From NCBI GenBank assembly GCA_002687905.1, contig NZBM01000007.1, positions 1 through 61,833 on the forward strand: a stretch of DNA of 61,833 bases. Reading direction: 5' to 3'. The notes beneath the pieces are model-generated. The model was not told where the DNA came from, did no database searches, and saw nothing but the letters and a program-made list of their open reading frames with translations. Source of the DNA: a bacterium (lineage in GTDB: Bacteria > Patescibacteriota > Minisyncoccia > Phycocordibacterales > JABMNX01). Positions within the stretch are counted from its first letter, which is position 1, and every line of letters begins with the position of its first letter. Both the position numbers and the translations under genes were made by a program. Shown here piece after piece: positions 58,830 through 61,833 of this stretch.

Positions 58830-59399
58830 ATGGTTTTTACAAAAAAGAAAAACCAACAAGCTTTGGCGTTTATTGTGCTCTCGGTATCAATTTTTGTTGT
58901 TTGGCATGCTGTGACTTTTAATAAAGAAGAAGTAGGAGGTTTTTCCTTTGAGAAAGTACCAGAGGATGTAGTCTTTTTAAGGCATGAGGAGGACGAAAGG
59001 ATTGCTGAGGAAGAAGGGGGTGTAGCTATGCTTCATTATGCTACGCCTGAGGCAATAGAAAATGGGGGGCCAATATATGGGCGCTTAGGACACACCATAG
59101 TTTCAATTGAGTATGAGATTCCAATAGACAGCATAGGAGAGCGCCCAATAGGGAAAGAAGGTGAAGGAGGATTTGATTTGATTATTGAGGAATTAGCGGA
59201 AGATAAGAATATTGTTTATGACCATATGCACATTGGTATAGCAAACTCACACACCGGGGGCGAACACCAAGATGATGGGCATAACCATGAACATAATTCC
59301 TCACAAAGCCTTCAGGGGGAAGGAGGAGATGTTTATTTGCTTCACTTTATGCTTATCTCGCACGAAGATGAGGTTAGGTACGGTCTAACTTGTAGTTAA
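58830..59399 (+). CDS. Membrane-anchored His-rich protein
   Basis: N-terminal TM; YDHMHIG, HTGGEHQDDGHNHEH and LHFMLISH. Confidence 0.75.
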   Translation: MVFTKKKNQQALAFIVLSVSIFVVWHAVTFNKEEVGGFSFEKVPEDVVFLRHEEDERIAEEEGGVAMLHYATPEAIENGGPIYGRLGHTIVSIEYEIPIDSIGERPIGKEGEGGFDLIIEELAEDKNIVYDHMHIGIANSHTGGEHQDDGHNHEHNSSQSLQGEGGDVYLLHFMLISHEDEVRYGLTCS

Positions 59400-59483
59400 A
59401 GAGTCGCTCTTGTTGCTGGCTTTTGTTTACAGGTGTTTTGTGTGGGTATAGAATGAAACTGTAGTTATTTTAATTTGCTCTCT

Positions 59484-60734
59484 ATGAACAGTTCAAAAAA
59501 AGTTGTTGCAACAACGGTCCTTGTTGTGTTGGTTATTGGTGCTTATTACTTTATACACCAATCAGATGAAGTAGATATAACGGGTTTACATATTATGCCA
59601 AATGGCACGGTCATGAATGGTGCTGGCGAAATATTTAAGGATGCAGAAGTGCTTCCTGATGGAAGAATTAAGCTTGGCAATGGAAGAATTGTAGAGAGAG
59701 ACATATTAAGCTTTCCAAAGCGCGGACCAGAAGACAGGGTGGAGAAATTAGAATATGTGATGAAGGATGGAGTTAAGGAGTTCAATCTTTCCATAGATGA
59801 AGTTCAGTGGGAATATGCCGACGGTAAGTATGTTCACGTTTGGGCATTTAATGGCCAGATTCCAGGACCTGAAATCCGTGTCACAGAAGGGGATAAGGTT
59901 CGTGTTGTTGTAAAAAACAATCTTTCGTATATGCCAGGGACTACGGTCCATCACCACGGGTTATTACTAAATGGAAGTAAATTTGACGGCGTTCCGGGGC
60001 TTGATCAATATCCTATAAAACCTGGCGAGACATTTACTTATGAATATACAGCTAATAATGCGGGGACTCATTTCTATCATACCCACGGCTCAAATCATAA
60101 AGACGTGGCAATGCAAGACGATATGGGTCTTTCAGGCGCTTTTATTATTGAACCTCGAAATAGATTTGACGAGAGGCATTCTTCAAATTATGACAAAGAA
60201 TGGGTTTACATGCTTGACGAGTGGGCAGTTGGAGACAGCGGAGTAAACCACGCACTCCATCTTATGGGTGAGGACGGAGAGCACGTACACCAGACCGCAA
60301 ACGTTTTTACGATAAATGGGAGAATATTTCCAGATAATTTAACTGGAGAGGACACCATCAAAGTTGATGAAGGCGATAAAGTTTTAATTCGCTTAATAAA
60401 CAATGGTAGCGAGGCAATTCATCCAATGCATACCCATGGACATCAGTTTGAGTTAATTGCCATTGACGGGAATCTCGTTCCTTTTGCTGCTCGGCAAATA
60501 ATGGACGTTATAACAGTAAATCCGGGTGAGAGGAGAGATATTTTAATGAGAGCCAACAACCCTGGAACGTGGCTATTCCATTGTCATAACATACACCACG
60601 CTATGGGAGGTATGATCCTGGGCTTCTTTTACAATGGATATGAGCCGTGTTGTTTGGACAATCCAGATGAAGCCGAAGAGCTCTTAGAAGATCACACTCA
60701 TGACGGTAGCGAAGGAGAAGACCACGGGCACTGA
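59484..60734 (+). CDS. Two-domain multicopper oxidase, membrane anchored
   Basis: HHHG, YHTH, HPMHTHG and HCHNIHHAMGGM; N-terminal TM and a His-rich tail. Confidence 0.9.
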   Translation: MNSSKKVVATTVLVVLVIGAYYFIHQSDEVDITGLHIMPNGTVMNGAGEIFKDAEVLPDGRIKLGNGRIVERDILSFPKRGPEDRVEKLEYVMKDGVKEFNLSIDEVQWEYADGKYVHVWAFNGQIPGPEIRVTEGDKVRVVVKNNLSYMPGTTVHHHGLLLNGSKFDGVPGLDQYPIKPGETFTYEYTANNAGTHFYHTHGSNHKDVAMQDDMGLSGAFIIEPRNRFDERHSSNYDKEWVYMLDEWAVGDSGVNHALHLMGEDGEHVHQTANVFTINGRIFPDNLTGEDTIKVDEGDKVLIRLINNGSEAIHPMHTHGHQFELIAIDGNLVPFAARQIMDVITVNPGERRDILMRANNPGTWLFHCHNIHHAMGGMILGFFYNGYEPCCLDNPDEAEELLEDHTHDGSEGEDHGH

Positions 60735-60817
60735 TTTACACTTGTCTGTTATGGCAAAGAGACTAATTCTCAATTACGAAAGACTCCATTACTATATCAG
60801 CATTGTCGTCAAGTATA

Positions 60818-61080
60818 GTTAATGGGGATAGTTAATGGGAATTAATGGGTTAATGGGGATAAGGGGTTAATGGAAGTTAATGGGGATAAGAGTTAATGGG
60901 GATAAGTACAATTAATCACTAAGTTAATGGGAAGTTAATGTTAATGGGTTAATGGGGATAAGTACAATTAATCACTAAGATACGTGGCATAGTATTTTCA
61001 TGCCACGAATGAATAGAGGTTAATGGGGATAAGTACAATTAATCACTAAGATACGTGGTGTTAATGGGGATAAGTACAAT
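60818..61080 (+). repeat. Array of 13 tandem, 5'-coterminal, variably truncated copies of the RAYT left end (GTTAATGGGGATAAGTACAAT...)
   Basis: Units start at 60818, 60831, 60841, 60849, 60866, 60876, 60892, 60923, 60934, 60940, 60948, 61019 and 61060. Confidence 0.9.
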
Positions 61081-61111
61081 TAATCACTAAGATACGTGGC
61101 ATAGTATTTTC

Positions 61112-61783
61112 ATGCCACGAATGAATAGAGTAGCGGTAGGTGATACTGTGTATCACGTCATTAACCGCGCAAACGGCAGAGCCACTATCTTTAAGTCAAA
61201 GAAAGACTACCAACACTTTGAGAGTCTATTAGGAGAGGGAAAACAATTAGTTGGTATGAGAATTCTTTCGTACTGCATTATGCCAAATCATTGGCATCTA
61301 GTGCTTTACCCTAAAAAAAATACAGATATGGGAGAGTTTATGCGCTGGGTAACAACAACGCATGTACGCCAAAGACATTCTCAAACAGAAAGTATTGGGT
61401 ATGGTCATCTCTATCAAGGTACATACAAGTCATTCCCTGTTGAATCTGATAAGCATCTCATTGACCTAATACGTTACGTTGAACAAAACCCACTTAGAGC
61501 TAAACTAGTTAAAAGAGCAGAGAATTGGCAGTTCTCTAGTTTATGGAGAAGAGAGAAAGGTACATCAACACAACAAAAACTTCTTTCTAAATTACCAACA
61601 GCACTACCTAATAACTACATTGAAAGTGTTAATCAAATTTTAAATAAAGAAGTTCTAGAAACGCTTAGAAACTCAGTAAACAAAGGCACACCTCTTGGTT
61701 CTAGTAAATGGACGAAACGCATGGTGGAGAAATATTGCATGGGTAGTACATTAAGAGAACCTGGGCGTCCTAAAAGTGCATGA
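61112..61783 (+). mobile_element. RAYT-like Y1 HUH transposase
   Basis: YHVINRA, YCIMPNHWHL (HUH), GHLYQGTYKS, YVEQNP and WQFSS. Confidence 0.9.
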
Positions 61784-61809
61784 TATTAGGACACATAAAT
61801 CAGTGAAAT

Positions 61810-61830
61810 ATTGTACTTATCCCCATTAAC
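61810..61830 (-). repeat. Right inverted end of the RAYT element
   Basis: ATTGTACTTATCCCCATTAAC is the exact reverse complement of 61060-61080. Confidence 0.9.
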
Positions 61831-61833
61831 ATG

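Noticed and set aside
60818-61080. CRISPR array
   Set aside because: There are no unique spacers; the units are nested prefixes of one sequence, and no cas genes are present.
1-61833. Alternative genetic code (TGA reassigned, as in Gracilibacteria)
   Set aside because: Conserved genes read full length under code 11, and TGA ends genes such as rpe, prfA and rplY-adjacent ORFs at the expected positions.

Overview
The window looks like the chromosome of a Patescibacteria/CPR bacterium, probably Parcubacteria. This is inferred from gene content, trimmed translation proteins and pervasive leaderless gene starts; the genetic code is standard. The core from about 6 to 55 kb is housekeeping: gap, rpiB, rpe, split transketolase, cfa, pfkB, fba, rplY, rpmE, prfA, rpsB, tsf, tRNA-Thr, pheS, pheT, gyrB, thrS, dnaE, rnhB, rpmF, nusB, rnc, smc, rnr, rpsP, khpA, trmD, rpoB, rpoC, dnaG, rpoD, uppP and hisS. 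Five features stand out. (1) A RAYT/HUH transposase at the right end has 21-bp inverted ends and is preceded by 13 tandem copies of its left end that share one 5' boundary but stop at variable points. (2) A transposase-free element with CCCGTTAGAGA...TCTCTAACGGG inverted ends occurs twice: once carrying a GIY-YIG nuclease between pheS and pheT, and once as an empty derivative at the rpmE start. (3) Two single genes (a second RAYT and a TrpR-like HTH) are each bracketed by paired palindromes, and other palindrome families are dispersed through the window. (4) An uncharacterised operon encodes three membrane-anchored Cys/His-repeat paralogs, a His-Gly N-terminal protein and a Cys-less cupredoxin; a two-domain multicopper oxidase lies elsewhere in the window. 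(5) Several GC-rich orphan genes have Shine-Dalgarno sites and terminator hairpins (most with recognisable -35/-10 promoters) in an otherwise largely leaderless genome, alongside a candidate anti-SD sRNA and unannotated small proteins. All calls come from reading the sequence; no searches were run.
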